Positions 28,035 through 41,373 of a DNA stretch of 64,000 nucleotides are shown piece after piece. How positions within the stretch are numbered: position 1 is the first letter of the stretch; every line of letters starts with the position of its first letter. Source of the stretch: the human T2T-CHM13v2.0 reference genome, Homo sapiens; NCBI RefSeq assembly GCF_009914755.1, contig NC_060948.1. One strand, written 5' to 3'. The position numbers were made by a program, and so were the translations under genes. Under the pieces are notes generated by a model. The model was given only the letters and a program-made list of their open reading frames with translations, ran no database searches and was not told the origin of the DNA.

Positions 28035-31000
28035 GGCCTGGAATAAAGTGGAATGCTACGGTCTCGAATGGAATAAAAATGTATGGAATGGAATGCAATG
28101 AAACGGAATCGAATGTCATAGAATGTAATGGAATGCAAAAAAATGGAATCCAAAATCATTGACTGGAAAGGCTGGGTGTCGAAAGGAATTGACTCCAATG
28201 GAATGGAATCGAATGGAATGGAAGTGAATAGAATCGAACTAAATCGAATGGAATGGAATTGATAGGAACGGAATGGAAAGGAATGCAATGATTTGGCATG
28301 GAATGGAATCGAATGGCATCGAATGGAATGGAATGGAATGCAATGGAATGGAATGTATTAGAATGTAATGAACTTTAATGGAATGTACTCGAATGGATTC
28401 GACTGGAATGGAATGTTCTGGAAGTGAATGGACTCCAATGGAATGGATTCAAAAGGAATGGAATCGTACGGAATGGAATCTAATGGAATGGAATTAAATG
28501 GAAATGAATCAAATTGAATAGCACGGAATTGAATTGAATGGAATGGAATGCAATGGAATCTAATGAAACGGAAAGGAAAGGAATGGAATGGAATGGAATG
28601 GGCTGGAATGGAAAGGAATCGAAACGAATGGAATGGAATCGAACTGAAGAGACTGGAATGGAATGCACTGGAATGGAAGGGAGTGTAATGGAAGGTTCTC
28701 GAAAAAAATGGAATCGAATGGAATGGAATTGAATGGAACGGAATAGAGTCGAATGGAATTGAATGGAATGGAATGGACTAGAGTGAAATGGAATCGAACC
28801 ACAAGGAATGGACAGGAATAGAATGGTCTCGAATTGAATGGAATCGTATGGAATGGCATCAAACGGAATGGAATGGACAGCCACGGAATGGAATGCACTC
28901 GAATGCAATGGAGTCGAAACTAATGGACTGGAATAGAATGGACTCGACTGGTACGGACTCCAATGGAATGGAATCGAATGGAAGGGAATCGAACGGAAGG
29001 GAATCGAACGGAATGGACTCGAAGGGAAAAGACTGCAATGGAAAGGTCTCGAATGGAATGGAAATTAATGGAATGGAATGGCATCGAATGAAATGGAGTC
29101 AAAAGGAATGGAATCGAATGGCAAGAAATGGAATGTAATGGAATCGCCAGGAATTGATGTGAACGGAGCGGAATGGAATGGAATCCAAAGGAATGGAATA
29201 GAATGGAATGGAATCGAATGGAAAGGACTCGAATGGAAATCACTCGAATAGAATGCAATTTAATAAAATAGGATCAAATGTAATGGAATGGAATGGAAAG
29301 GAATCGAAACGAAAGGAATGGAGACAGATGGAATGGAATGGAACAGAGAGCAATGGTATAGAATGGAATGGAATCATCTGGAATGGAATTGAATGGAATG
29401 GAATGGAATGCCCTTGAATTAAATGGACTGGAATGGAATGGACTCAAACAGAGTGGAATGGAAAGTGTTGAGATAGAATGGAATGAACTCCTTTGGAATG
29501 GTCTAGTAGGCAATGCAATCGACTGGCAGGGAATCAAAAGGAATGTAATCGAATGGATTGGACTGGAATGCAATGGACTCGAATAGATTGGAAACGGAAT
29601 GCAAAGGAATGGAATGGAATAGTATGGAATGGAATGGAAAGGAATGGAGTGGAATAGACTAGAGTGGAATGGAATGGACTGGAAAGCAATGGACTGGAAT
29701 GGAACTTTCTTGAATGGACTGGAATCAAACGGAATGGAATGCAATGCAATCAAATGGCATGGAATAAAATAGAATGAAAGAGAATCAAATGGAATTGAAT
29801 CGAATGGAATCGAATGGATTGGAAAGGAACAGAACGGAATGGAATGGAATTGACTCAAATGGAATGGACTAGAATGGAATGGATTCGAATGGAAGACAAA
29901 GGAATGGAATCTGTTGGAATGGACTGTAATGGAATGGAATGGAAGGGATTGGAATGGACTCGAATGGAATGGACTGCAATAGAAAGGATTCGAATGGAAT
30001 GAAAAAGAATTGAATGGAATAGAACAGAATGGAATCAAATCGAATGAAATGGAATGGAATAGAAAGGAATGGAATGAAATGGAATGAAAAGGATTCCAAT
30101 GGAATGCAATCGAATGGAATGGAATCGAACGGAATGGAATAAAATGGAAGAAAACTGGCAATAAATGGAATCGAAATGAATGGAGTGTTATGGAACGGAC
30201 TCAAAAGGAATTGAATGTAATAGAATGGAGTGGAGTGGACTCGAATATAATGGACTGGAATGGAATGAAATCACATGGAATGGGAACGAATGGAATGGAA
30301 TGGAAAGGAATGGAATCGAATGGAAAGGAATCGAATGGAGGGAATGAAATTGAATCAACAGGAATGGAAGGGAATAGAATAGACGGTAATGGAATGGACT
30401 CGAATAGAATGGACACGAATGCTCAAATTGAATGGACTCGAATGGAATGGAAACGAAAGGAATGTCATCGAATGGAATTGAATCGATTGGAATGAAATCG
30501 CATAGAATGGAGTGGAATCAAATGGAATTGAATCGAAAGGAAAGGAAGCGAATGGACTGAAATGAAATGGAATGGAATTGAATGGAAAGTAATGCAATGG
30601 AATAGAATGGAACGAAATTTCACGGAATGGAATCAAACTGAATGGAATCAAATCAATGGAATCAAATCAAATGGAATGGAAAGGAATTGAATGGAGTAGA
30701 TTGGATTGGATGGGATTGGAATGAAATGTACTGGAAAGGACTCGAATTTCATGAAACGGAATGGAATGAATTGGAACGGAATGGACTCGAATGGAATGGA
30801 ATGTCATGGGATGGCATCAAATGGAATGGCATCAAATGGAATGGAATCGAATGCAATGGAATGCTATGGAATGGAATGGAATGCATTGGAATGGAATGTC
30901 CTCTAATGGAATGGATTCGAGTGGAATGGAATTGAATATAATGGAGTCGAATGAAATGGAATTGAAAAGAATGGGATCGAATACAATGGAATATACTGGA

Positions 31001-31547
31001 ATGTAACGTAATGAACTCGAATGTAATTGACTGGAATGGAATGTACATGAATGGAATGTAATCGAATGGAAAGTAATCCAATGGAATAGAATCTAATGCA
31101 ATAAAATCGACTCAGATAGAGTAGAATGTAATGGAATGGAGTGTTGTGCAATGGAATGGAATGGAATGGAATGCAATGGAATGGAATGGAATGGAATGGG
31201 ATGGAATGGTATGGAATGGATAGTAATGGACTGGAGTGAAATGGACTGGAAAGGAATGGACTCAAATTGAAAGGGCACGAAAGGAATGGAGTCAAATGGA
31301 ATGGTCTGGAATGGAATGAACACGAATGTAATGCAACCCAATAGAATGGAATCGAATGGCATGGAATATAAAGAAATGGAATCGAAGAGAATGGAAACAA
31401 ATGGAATGGAATTGAATGGAATGTGAACGAATGGAGTGAAATTGTATGCAGTAGAAGAGAATAGAATGGAATGCAAGCGAAAGGAAAGGAATGGATTGGA
31501 ATGGAATGGAATTCATTGGAATGGAAGGGAATGTAGTGTAATGGACA
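28035..31547 (+). repeat. U9: unit, 3513 bp (haplotype C)
   Basis: GGCC at 28035 and 31548. Same length and diagnostic indels as U5. Confidence 0.9.
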
Positions 31548-34500
31548 GGCCTGGAATAAAGTGGAATGCTACGGTCTCGAATGGAATAAAAATGTATGGA
31601 ATGGAATGCAATGAAACGGAATCGAATGTCATAGAATGTAATGGAATGCAAAAAAATGGAATCCAAAATCATTGACTGGAAAGGCTGGGTGTCGAAAGGA
31701 ATTGACTCCAATGGAATGGAATCGAATGGAATGGAAGTGAATAGAATCGAACTAAATCGAATGGAATGGAATTGATAGGAACGGAATGGAAAGGAATGCA
31801 ATGATTTGGCATGGAATGGAATCGAATGGCATCGAATGGAATGGAATGGAATGCAATGGAATGGAATGTATTAGAATGGAATGAACTTTAATGGAATGTA
31901 CTCGAATGGATTCGACTGGAATGGAATGTTCTGGAAGTGAATGGACTCCAATGGAATGGATTCAAAAGGAATGGAATCGTACGGAATGGAATCTAATGGA
32001 ATGGAATTAAATGGAAATGAATCAAATTGAATAGCACGGAATTGAATTGAATGGAATGGAATGCAAGGGAATCTAATGAAACGGAAAGGAAAGGAATGGA
32101 ATGGAATGGAATGGGCTGGAATGGAAAGGAATCGAAACGAATGGAATGGAATCGAACTGAAGAGACTGGAATGGAATGCACTGGAATGGAAGGGAGTGTA
32201 ATGGAAGGTTCTCGAAAAAAATGGAATCGAATGGAATGCAATTGAATGGAACGGAGTAGAGCCGAATGCAATTGAATGGAATGGAATGGACTAGAGTGAA
32301 ATGGAATCGAACCACAAGGAATGGACAGGAATAGAATGGTCTCGAATTGAATGGAATCGTATGGAATGGCATCAAACGGAATGGAATGGACAGCCACGGA
32401 ATGGAATGCACTCGAATGCAATGGAGTCGAATCTAATGGACTGGAATAGAATGGACTCGACTGGTACGGACTCCAATGGAATGGAATCGAATGGAAGGGA
32501 ATCGAACGGAAGGGAATCGAATGGAATGGACTCGAAGGGAAAAGACTGTAATGGAAAGGTCTCGAATGGAATGGAAATTAATGGAATGGAATGGAATCGA
32601 ATGAAATGGAGGCAAAAGGAATGGAATCGAATGGCAAGAAATCGAATGTAATGGAATCGCAAGGAATTGATGTGAACGGAACGGAATGGAATGGAATCCA
32701 AAGGAATGGAATAGAATGGAATGGAATCGAATGGAAAGGACTCGAATGGAAATCACTCGAATAGAATGCAATTTAATAAAATAGGATCAAATGTAATGGA
32801 ATGGAATGGAAAGGAATCGAAACGAAAGGAATGGAGACAGATGGAATGGAATGGAACAGAGAGCAATGGTATAGAACGGAATGGAATCATCTGGAATGGA
32901 ATTGAATGGAATGGAATAATATGAAATGGAAAGGAATGAAATGGAATGCCCTTGAATTAAATGGACTACAATGGGAATGGACTCGAACAGAGTGGAATGG
33001 AAAGTGTTGAAATAGAATGGAATTGACTCGTTTGGAATGGTCTAGTATGCAATGCAATCGACTGGCAGGGAATCAAAAGGAATGTAATCGAGTGGATTGG
33101 ACTGGAATGCAATGGACTCGAATAGATTGGAAACGGAATGCAAAGGAATGGAATGGAATAGTATGGAATGGAATGGAAAGGAATGGAGTGGAATAGACTA
33201 GAGTGGAATGGAATGGACTCGAAAGCAATGGACTGGAATGGAACTTTCTTGAATGGACTGGAACCAAACGGAATGGAATGCAATGCAATCAAATGGCATG
33301 GAATAAGATAGAATGAAAGAGAATCAAATGGAATTGAATCGAATGGAATCGAATGGATTGGAAAGGAATAGAATGGAATGGAATGGAATTGACTCAAATG
33401 GAATGGACTAGAATGGAATGGATTCGAATGGAAGGCAAAGGAATGGAATCTATCGGAATGCACTGTAATGGAATGGAATGGAAGGGATTGGAATGGATTC
33501 GAATGGAATGGACTGCAATAGAAAGGATTCGAATGGAATGAAAAAGAATTGAATGGAATAGAACAGAATGGAATCAAATCGAATGAAATGGAATGGAATA
33601 GAAAGGAATGGAATGAAATGGAATGGAAAGGATTCGAATGGAATGCAATCGAATGGAATGGAATCGAACGGAATGGAATAAAATGGAAGAAAACTGGCAA
33701 GAAATGGAATCGAAATGAATGGAATGTTTTGGAACGGACTCAAAAGGAATTGAATGTAATAGAATGGAGTGGAGTGGACTCGAATATAATGGACTGGAAT
33801 GGAATGAAATCACATGGAATGGGAACGAATGGAATGGAATGGAAAGGAATGGAATCGAATGGAAAGCAATCGAATGGAAGGGAATGAAATTGAATCAACA
33901 GGAATGGAAGGGAATAGAATAGACGGTAATGGAATGGACTCGAATAGAATGGACACGAATGCTCAAATTGAATGGACTCGAATGGAATGGAAACGAAAGG
34001 AATGTCATCGAATGGAATTGAATCGATTGGAATGAAATCGCATAGAATGGAGTGGAATCAAATGGAATTGAATCGAAAGAAAAGGAAGCGAATGGACTGA
34101 AATGAAATGGAATGGAATTGAATGGAAAGTAACGCAATGGAATACAATGGAACGAAATTTCACGGAATGGAATCAAACTGAATGGAATCAAATCAATGGA
34201 ATCTAATCAAATGGAATGGAAAGGAATTGAATGGAGTAGATTGGATTGGATGGGATTGGAATGAAATGTACTGGAAAGGACTCGAATTTCATGAAACGGA
34301 ATGGAATGAATTGGAACGGAATGGACTCGAATGGAATGGAATGTCATGGAATGGTATCAAATGGAATGCCATCAAATGGAATGGAATCGAATGCAATGGA
34401 ATGTTATGGAATGGAATGGAATGCATTGGAATGGAGTGTCCTCTAATGGAATGGATTCGAGTGGAATGGAATCGAATATAATGGAGTCGAATGAAATGGA

Positions 34501-35122
34501 ATTGAAAGGAATGGGATCGAATAGAATGGAATATACTGGAATGTAATGTAATGAACTCGAATGTAATTGACTGGAATGGAATGTACATGAATGGAATGTA
34601 ATCGAATGGAAAGTAATCCAATGGAATAGAATCTAATGCAATAAAACCGACTCAGATAGAGTAGAATGTAATGGAATGGAGTGCAGTGCAATGAAATGGA
34701 ATGGAATTGAATGCAATGGAATGGAATGGAATGGAATGGAATGGAATGGAATGGAATTGGATGGAATGGTATGGAATGGATAGTAATGGACTGGAGTGAA
34801 ATGGACTGGAAAGGAATGGACTCAAATTGAAAGGTCTCGAAAGGAATGGAGTCAAATGGAATGGTCTGGAATGGAATGAACACGAATGTAATGCAATCCA
34901 ATAGAATGGAATCGAATGGCATGGAATATAAAGAAATGGAATCGAAGAGAATGGAAACAAATGGAATGGAATTGAATGGAATGGAATTGAATGGAATGGG
35001 AACGAATGGAGTGAAATTGTATGCAGTAGAAGGGAATAGAATGGAATGCAAGCGAAAGGAAAGGAATGGATTGGAATGGAATGGAATTCATTGGAATGGA
35101 AGGGAATGTAGTGTAATGGACA
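31548..35122 (+). repeat. U10: unit, 3575 bp (divergent haplotype F)
   Basis: GGCC at 31548 and 35123. Private variants: GGAGTAGAGCCG, GGACTACAATGGG (1-bp insertion), GAATAAGATA, GAATCTAATCA and AAAACCGACTC. Confidence 0.9.
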
Positions 35123-37798
35123 GGCCTGGAATAAAGTGGAATGCTACGGTCTCGAATGGAATAAAAATGTATGGAATGGAATGCAATGAAACGGAATCGA
35201 ATGTCATAGAATGTAATGGAATGCAAAAAAATGGAATCCAAAATCATTGACTGGAAAGGCTGGGTGTCGAAAGGAATTGACTCCAATGGAATGGAATCGA
35301 ATGGAATGGAAGTGAATAGAATCGAACTAAATCGAATGGAATGGAATTGATAGGAACGGAATGGAAAGGAATGCAATGATTTGGCATGGAATGGAATCGA
35401 ATGGCATCGAATGGAATGGAATGGAATGCAATGGAATGGAATGTATTAGAATGGAATGAACTTTAATGGAATGTACTCGAATGGATTCGACTGGAATGGA
35501 ATGTTCTGGAAGTGAATGGACTCCAATGGAATGGATTCAAAAGGAATGGAATCGTACGGAATGGAATCTAATGGAATGGAATTAAATGGAAATGAATCAA
35601 ATTGAATAGCACGGAATTGAATTGAATGGAATGGAATGCAATGGAATCTAATGAAACGGAAAGGAAAGGAATGGAATGGAATGGAATGGAATGGGCTGGA
35701 ATGGAAAGGAATCGAAACGAATGGAATGGAATCGAACTGAAGAGACTGGAATGGAATGCACTGGAATGGAAGGGAGTGTAATGGAAGGTTCTCGAAAAAA
35801 ATGGAATCGAATGGAATGGAATTGAATGGAACGGAATAGAGTCGAATGGAATTGAATGGAATGGAATGGACTAGAGTGAAATGGAATCGAACCACAAGGA
35901 ATGGACAGGAATAGAATGGTCTCGAATTGAATGGAATCGTATGGAATGGCATCAAACGGAATGGAATGGACAGCCACGGAATGGAATGCACTCGAATGCA
36001 ATGGAGTCGAAACTAACGGACTGGAATAGAATGGACTCGATTGGTACGGACTCCAATGGAATGGAATCGAATGGAAGGGAATCGAACGGAAGGGAATCGA
36101 ACGGAATGGACTCGAAGGGAAAAGACTGCAATGGAAAGGTCTCGAATGGAATGGAAATTAATGGAATGGAATGGAATCGAATGAAATGGAGTCAAAAGGA
36201 ATGGAATCGAATGGCAAGAAATCGAATGTAATGGAATCGCAAGGAATTGATGTGAACGGAACGGAATGGAATGGAATCCAAAGGAATGGAATAGAATGGA
36301 ATGGAATCGAATGGAAAGGACTCGAATGGAAATCACTCGAATAGAATGCAATTTAATAAAATAGGATCAAATGTAATAGAATGGAATGGAAAGGAATCGA
36401 AACGGAAGGAATGGAGACAGATGGAATGGAATGGAACAGAGAGCAATGGTATAGAATGGAATGGAATCATCTGGAATGGAATTGAATGGAATGGAATAAT
36501 ATGAAATGGAATGGAATGGAATGGAATGGAATGCCCTTGAATTAAATGGACTGGACTCGAACAGAGTGGAATGGAAAGTGTTGAGATAGATTGGAATGGA
36601 CTCCTTTGGAATGGTCTAGTATGCAATGCAATCGACTGGCAGGGAATCAAAAGGAATGTAATCGAATGGATTGGACTGGAATGCAATGGACTCGAATAGA
36701 TTGGAAACGGAATGCAAAGGAATGGAATGGAATAGTATGGAATGCAATGGAAGGGAATGGAGTGGAATAGACTAGAGTGGAATGGAATGGACTGGAAAGC
36801 AATGGACTGGAATGGAACTTTCTTGGATGGATGGGAATCAAACGGAATGGAATGCAATGCAATCAAATGGCATGGAATAAAATAGAATGAAAGAGAATCA
36901 AATGGAATTGAATCGAATGGAATCGAATGGATTGGAAAGGAATAGAATGGAATGGAATGGAATTGACTCAAATGGAATGGACTAGAATGGAATGGATTCG
37001 AATGGAATGGAATGTCATGGAATGGCATCAAATGGAATGGCATCAAATGGAATGGAATCGAATGCAATGGAATGCTATGGAATGGAATGGAATGCATTGG
37101 AATGGAATGTCCTCTAATGGAATGGATTCGAGTGGAATGGAATTGAATATAATGGAGTCGAATGAAATGGAATTGAAAGGAATGGGATCGAATACAATGT
37201 AATATACTGGAATGTAACGTAATGAACTCGAATGTAATTGACTGGAATGGAATGTACATGAATGGAATGTAATCGAATGGAAAGTAATCCAATGGAATAG
37301 AATCTAATGCAATAAAATCGACTCAGATAGAGTAGAATGTAATGGAATGGAGTGCAGTGCAATGGAATGGAATGGAATGGAATGCAATGGAATGGAATGG
37401 AATGGAATGGAATGGAATGGAATGGAATGGAATGGGATGGAATGGTATGGAATGGATAGTAATGGACTGGAGTGAAATGGACTGGAAAGGAATGGACTCA
37501 AATTGAAAGGGCTCGAAAGGAATGGAGTCAAATGGAATGGTCTGGAATGGAATGAACACGAATGTAATGCAATCCAATAGAATGGAATCGAATGGCATGG
37601 AATATAAAGAAATGGAATCGAAGAGAATGGAAACAAATGGAATGGAATTGAATGGAATGGAATTGAATGGAATGTGAACGAATGGAGTGAAATTGTATGC
37701 AGTAGAAGAGAATAGAATGGAATGCAAGCGAAAGGAAAGGAATGGATTGGAATGGAATGGAATTCATTGGAATGGAAGGGAATGTAGTGTAATGGACA
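35123..37798 (+). repeat. U11: short unit, 2676 bp, same deletion as U2 (haplotype B)
   Basis: GGCC at 35123 and 37799. Identical junction at ~36998-37007, and the CGATTGGTAC variant is shared with U2. Confidence 0.92.
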
Positions 37799-40700
37799 GG
37801 CCTGGAATAAAGTGGAATGCTACGGTCTCGAATGGAATAAAAATGTATGGAATGGAATGCAATGAAACGGAATCGAATGTCATAGAATGTAATGGAATGC
37901 AAAAAAATGGAATCCAAAATCATTGACTGGAAAGGCTGGGTGTCGAAAGGAATTGACTCCAATGGAATGGAATCGAATGGAATGGAAGTGAATAGAATCG
38001 AACTAAATCGTATGGAATGGAATTGATAGGAACGGAATGGAAAGGAATGCAATGATTTGGCATGGAATGGAATCGAATGGCATCGAATGGAATGGAATGG
38101 AATGCAATGGAATGGAATGTATTAGAATGGAATGAACTTTAATGGAATGTACTCGAATGGATTCGACTGGAATGGAATGTTCTGGAAGTGAATGGACTCC
38201 AATGGAATGGATTCAAAAGGAATGGAATCGTACGGAATGGAATCTAATGGAATGGAATTAAATGGAAATGAATCAAATTGAATAGCACGGAATTGAATTG
38301 AATGGAATGGAATGCAATGGAATCTAATGAAACGGAAAGGAAAGGAATGGAATGGAATGGAATGGGCTGGAATGGAAAGGAATCGAAACGAATGGAATGG
38401 AATCGAACTGAAGAGACTGGAATGGAATGCACTGGAATGGAAGGGAGTGTAATGGAAGGTTCTCGAAAAAAATGGAATCGAATGGAATGCAATTGAATGG
38501 AACGGAGTAGAGCCGAATGCAATTGAATGGAATGGAATGGACTAGAGTGAAATGGAATCGAACCACAAGGAATGGACAGGAATAGAATGGTCTCGAATTG
38601 AATGGAATCGTATGGAATGGCATCAAACGGAATGGAATGGACAGCCACGGAATGGAATGCACTCGAATGCAATGGAGTCGAATCTAATGGACAGGAATAG
38701 AATGGACGCGACTGGTACGGACTCCAATGGAATGGAATCGAATGGAAGGGAATCGAACGGAAGGGAATCGAATGGAATGGACTCGAAGGGAAAAGACTGT
38801 AATGGAAAGGTCTCGAATGGAATGGAAATTAATGGAATGGAATGGAATCGAATGAAATGGAGGCAAAAGGAATGGAATCGAATGGCAAGAAATCGAATGT
38901 AATGGAATCGCAAGGAATTGATGTGAACGGAACGGAATGGAATGGAATCCAAAGGAATGGAATAGAATGGAATGGAATCGAATGGAAAGGACTCGAATGG
39001 AAATCACTCGAATAGAATGCAATTTAATAAAATAGGATCAAATGTAATGGAATGGAATGGAAAGGAATCGAAACGAAAGGAATGGAGACAGATGGAATGG
39101 AATGGAACAGAGAGCAATGGTATAGAACGGAATGGAATCATCTGGAATGGAATTGAATGGAATGGAATAATATGAAATGGAAAGGAATGAAATGGAATGC
39201 CCTTGAATTAAATGGACTACAATGGGAATGGACTCGAACAGAGTGGAATGGAAAGTGTTGAAATAGAATGGAATTGACTCGTTTGGAATGGTCTAGTATG
39301 TAATGCAATCGACTGGCAGGGAATCAAAAGGAATGTAATCGAGTGGATTGGACTGGAATGCAATGGACTCGAATAGATTGGAAACGGAATGCAAAGGAAT
39401 GGAATGGAATAGTATGGAATGGAATGGAAAGGAATGGAGTGGAATAGACTAGAGTGGAATGGAATGGACTCGAAAGCAATGGACTGGAATGGAACTTTCT
39501 TGAATGGACTGGAACCAAACGGAATGGAATGCAATGCAATCAAATGGCATGGAATAAGATAGAATGAAAGAGAATCAAATGGAATTGAATCGAATGGAAT
39601 CGAATGGATTGGAAAGGAATAGAATGGAATGGAATGGAATTGACTCAAATGGAATGGACTAGAATGGAATGGATTCGAATGGAAGGCAAAGGAATGGAAT
39701 CTATCGGAATGCACTGTAATGGAATGGAATGGAAGGGATTGGAATGGATTCGAATGGAATGGACTGCAATAGAAAGGATTCGAATGGAATGAAAAAGAAT
39801 TGAATGGAATAGAACAGAATGGAATCAAATCGAATGAAATGGAATGGAATAGAAAGGAATGGAATGAAATGGAATGGAAAGGATTCGAATGGAATGCAAT
39901 CGAATGGAATGGAATCGAACGGAATGGAATAAAATGGAAGAAAACTGGCAAGAAATGGAATCGAAATGAATGGAGTGTTTTGGAACGGACTCAAAAGGAA
40001 TTGAATGTAATAGAATGGAGTGGAGTGGACTCGAATATAATGGACTGGAATGGAATGAAATCACATGGAATGGGAACGAATGGAATGGAATGGAAAGGAA
40101 TGGAATCGAATGGAAAGCAATCGAATGGAAGGGAATGAAATTGAATCAACAGGAATGGAAGGGAATAGAATAGACTGTAATGGAATGGACTCGAATAGAA
40201 TGGACACGAATGCTCAAATTGAATGGACTCGAATGGAATGGAAACGAAAGGAATGTCATCGAATGGAATTGAATCGATTGGAATGAAATCGCATAGAATG
40301 GAGTGGAATCAAATGGAATTGAATCGAAAGGAAAGGAAGCGAATGGACTGAAATGAAATGGAATGGAATTGAATGGAAAGTAATGCAATGGAATAGAATG
40401 GAACGAAATTTCACGGAATGGAATCAAACTGAATGGAATCAAATCAATGGAATCTAATCAAATGGAATGGAAAGGAATTGAATGGAGTAGATTGGATTGG
40501 ATGGGATTGGAATGAAATGTACTGGAAAGGACTCGAATTTCATGAAACGGAATGGAATGAATTGGAACGGAATGGACTCGAATGGAATGGAATGTCATGG
40601 AATGGTATCAAATGGAATGCCATCAAATGGAATGGAATCGAATGCAATGGAATGTTATGGAATGGAATGGAATGCATTGGAATGGAATGTCCTCTAATGG

Positions 40701-41373
40701 AATGGATTCGAGTGGAATGGAATCGAATATAATGGAGTCGAATGAAATGGAATTGAAAGGAATGGGATCGAATAGAATGGAATATACTGGAATGTAATGT
40801 AATGAACTCGAATGTAATTGACTGGAATGGAATGTACATGAATGGAATGTAATCGAATGGAAAGTAATCCAATGGAATAGAATCTAATGCAATAAAACCG
40901 ACTCAGATAGAGTAGAATGTAATGGAATGGAGTGCAGTGCAATGAAATGGAATGGAATTGAATGCAATGGAATGGAATGGAATGGAATGGAATGGAATGG
41001 AATGGAATTGGATGGAATGGTATGGAATGGATAGTAATGGACTGGAGTGAAATGGACTGGAAAGGAATGGACTCAAATTGAAAGGTCTCGAAAGGAATGG
41101 AGTCAAATGGAATGGTCTGGAATGGAATGAACACGAATGTAATGCAATCCAATAGAATGGAATCGAATGGCATGGAATATAAAGAAATGGAATCGAAGAG
41201 AATGGAAACAAATGGAATGGAATTGAATGGAATGGAATTGAATGGAATGGGAACGAATGGAGTGAAATTGTATGCAGTAGAAGGGAATAGAATGGAATGC
41301 AAGCGAAAGGAAAGGAATGGATTGGAATGGAATGGAATTCATTGGAATGGAAGGGAATGTAGTGTAATGGACA
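37799..41373 (+). repeat. U12: unit, 3575 bp (haplotype F)
   Basis: GGCC at 37799 and 41374. Carries the U10 private variants at a 6251-bp offset. Confidence 0.9.
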
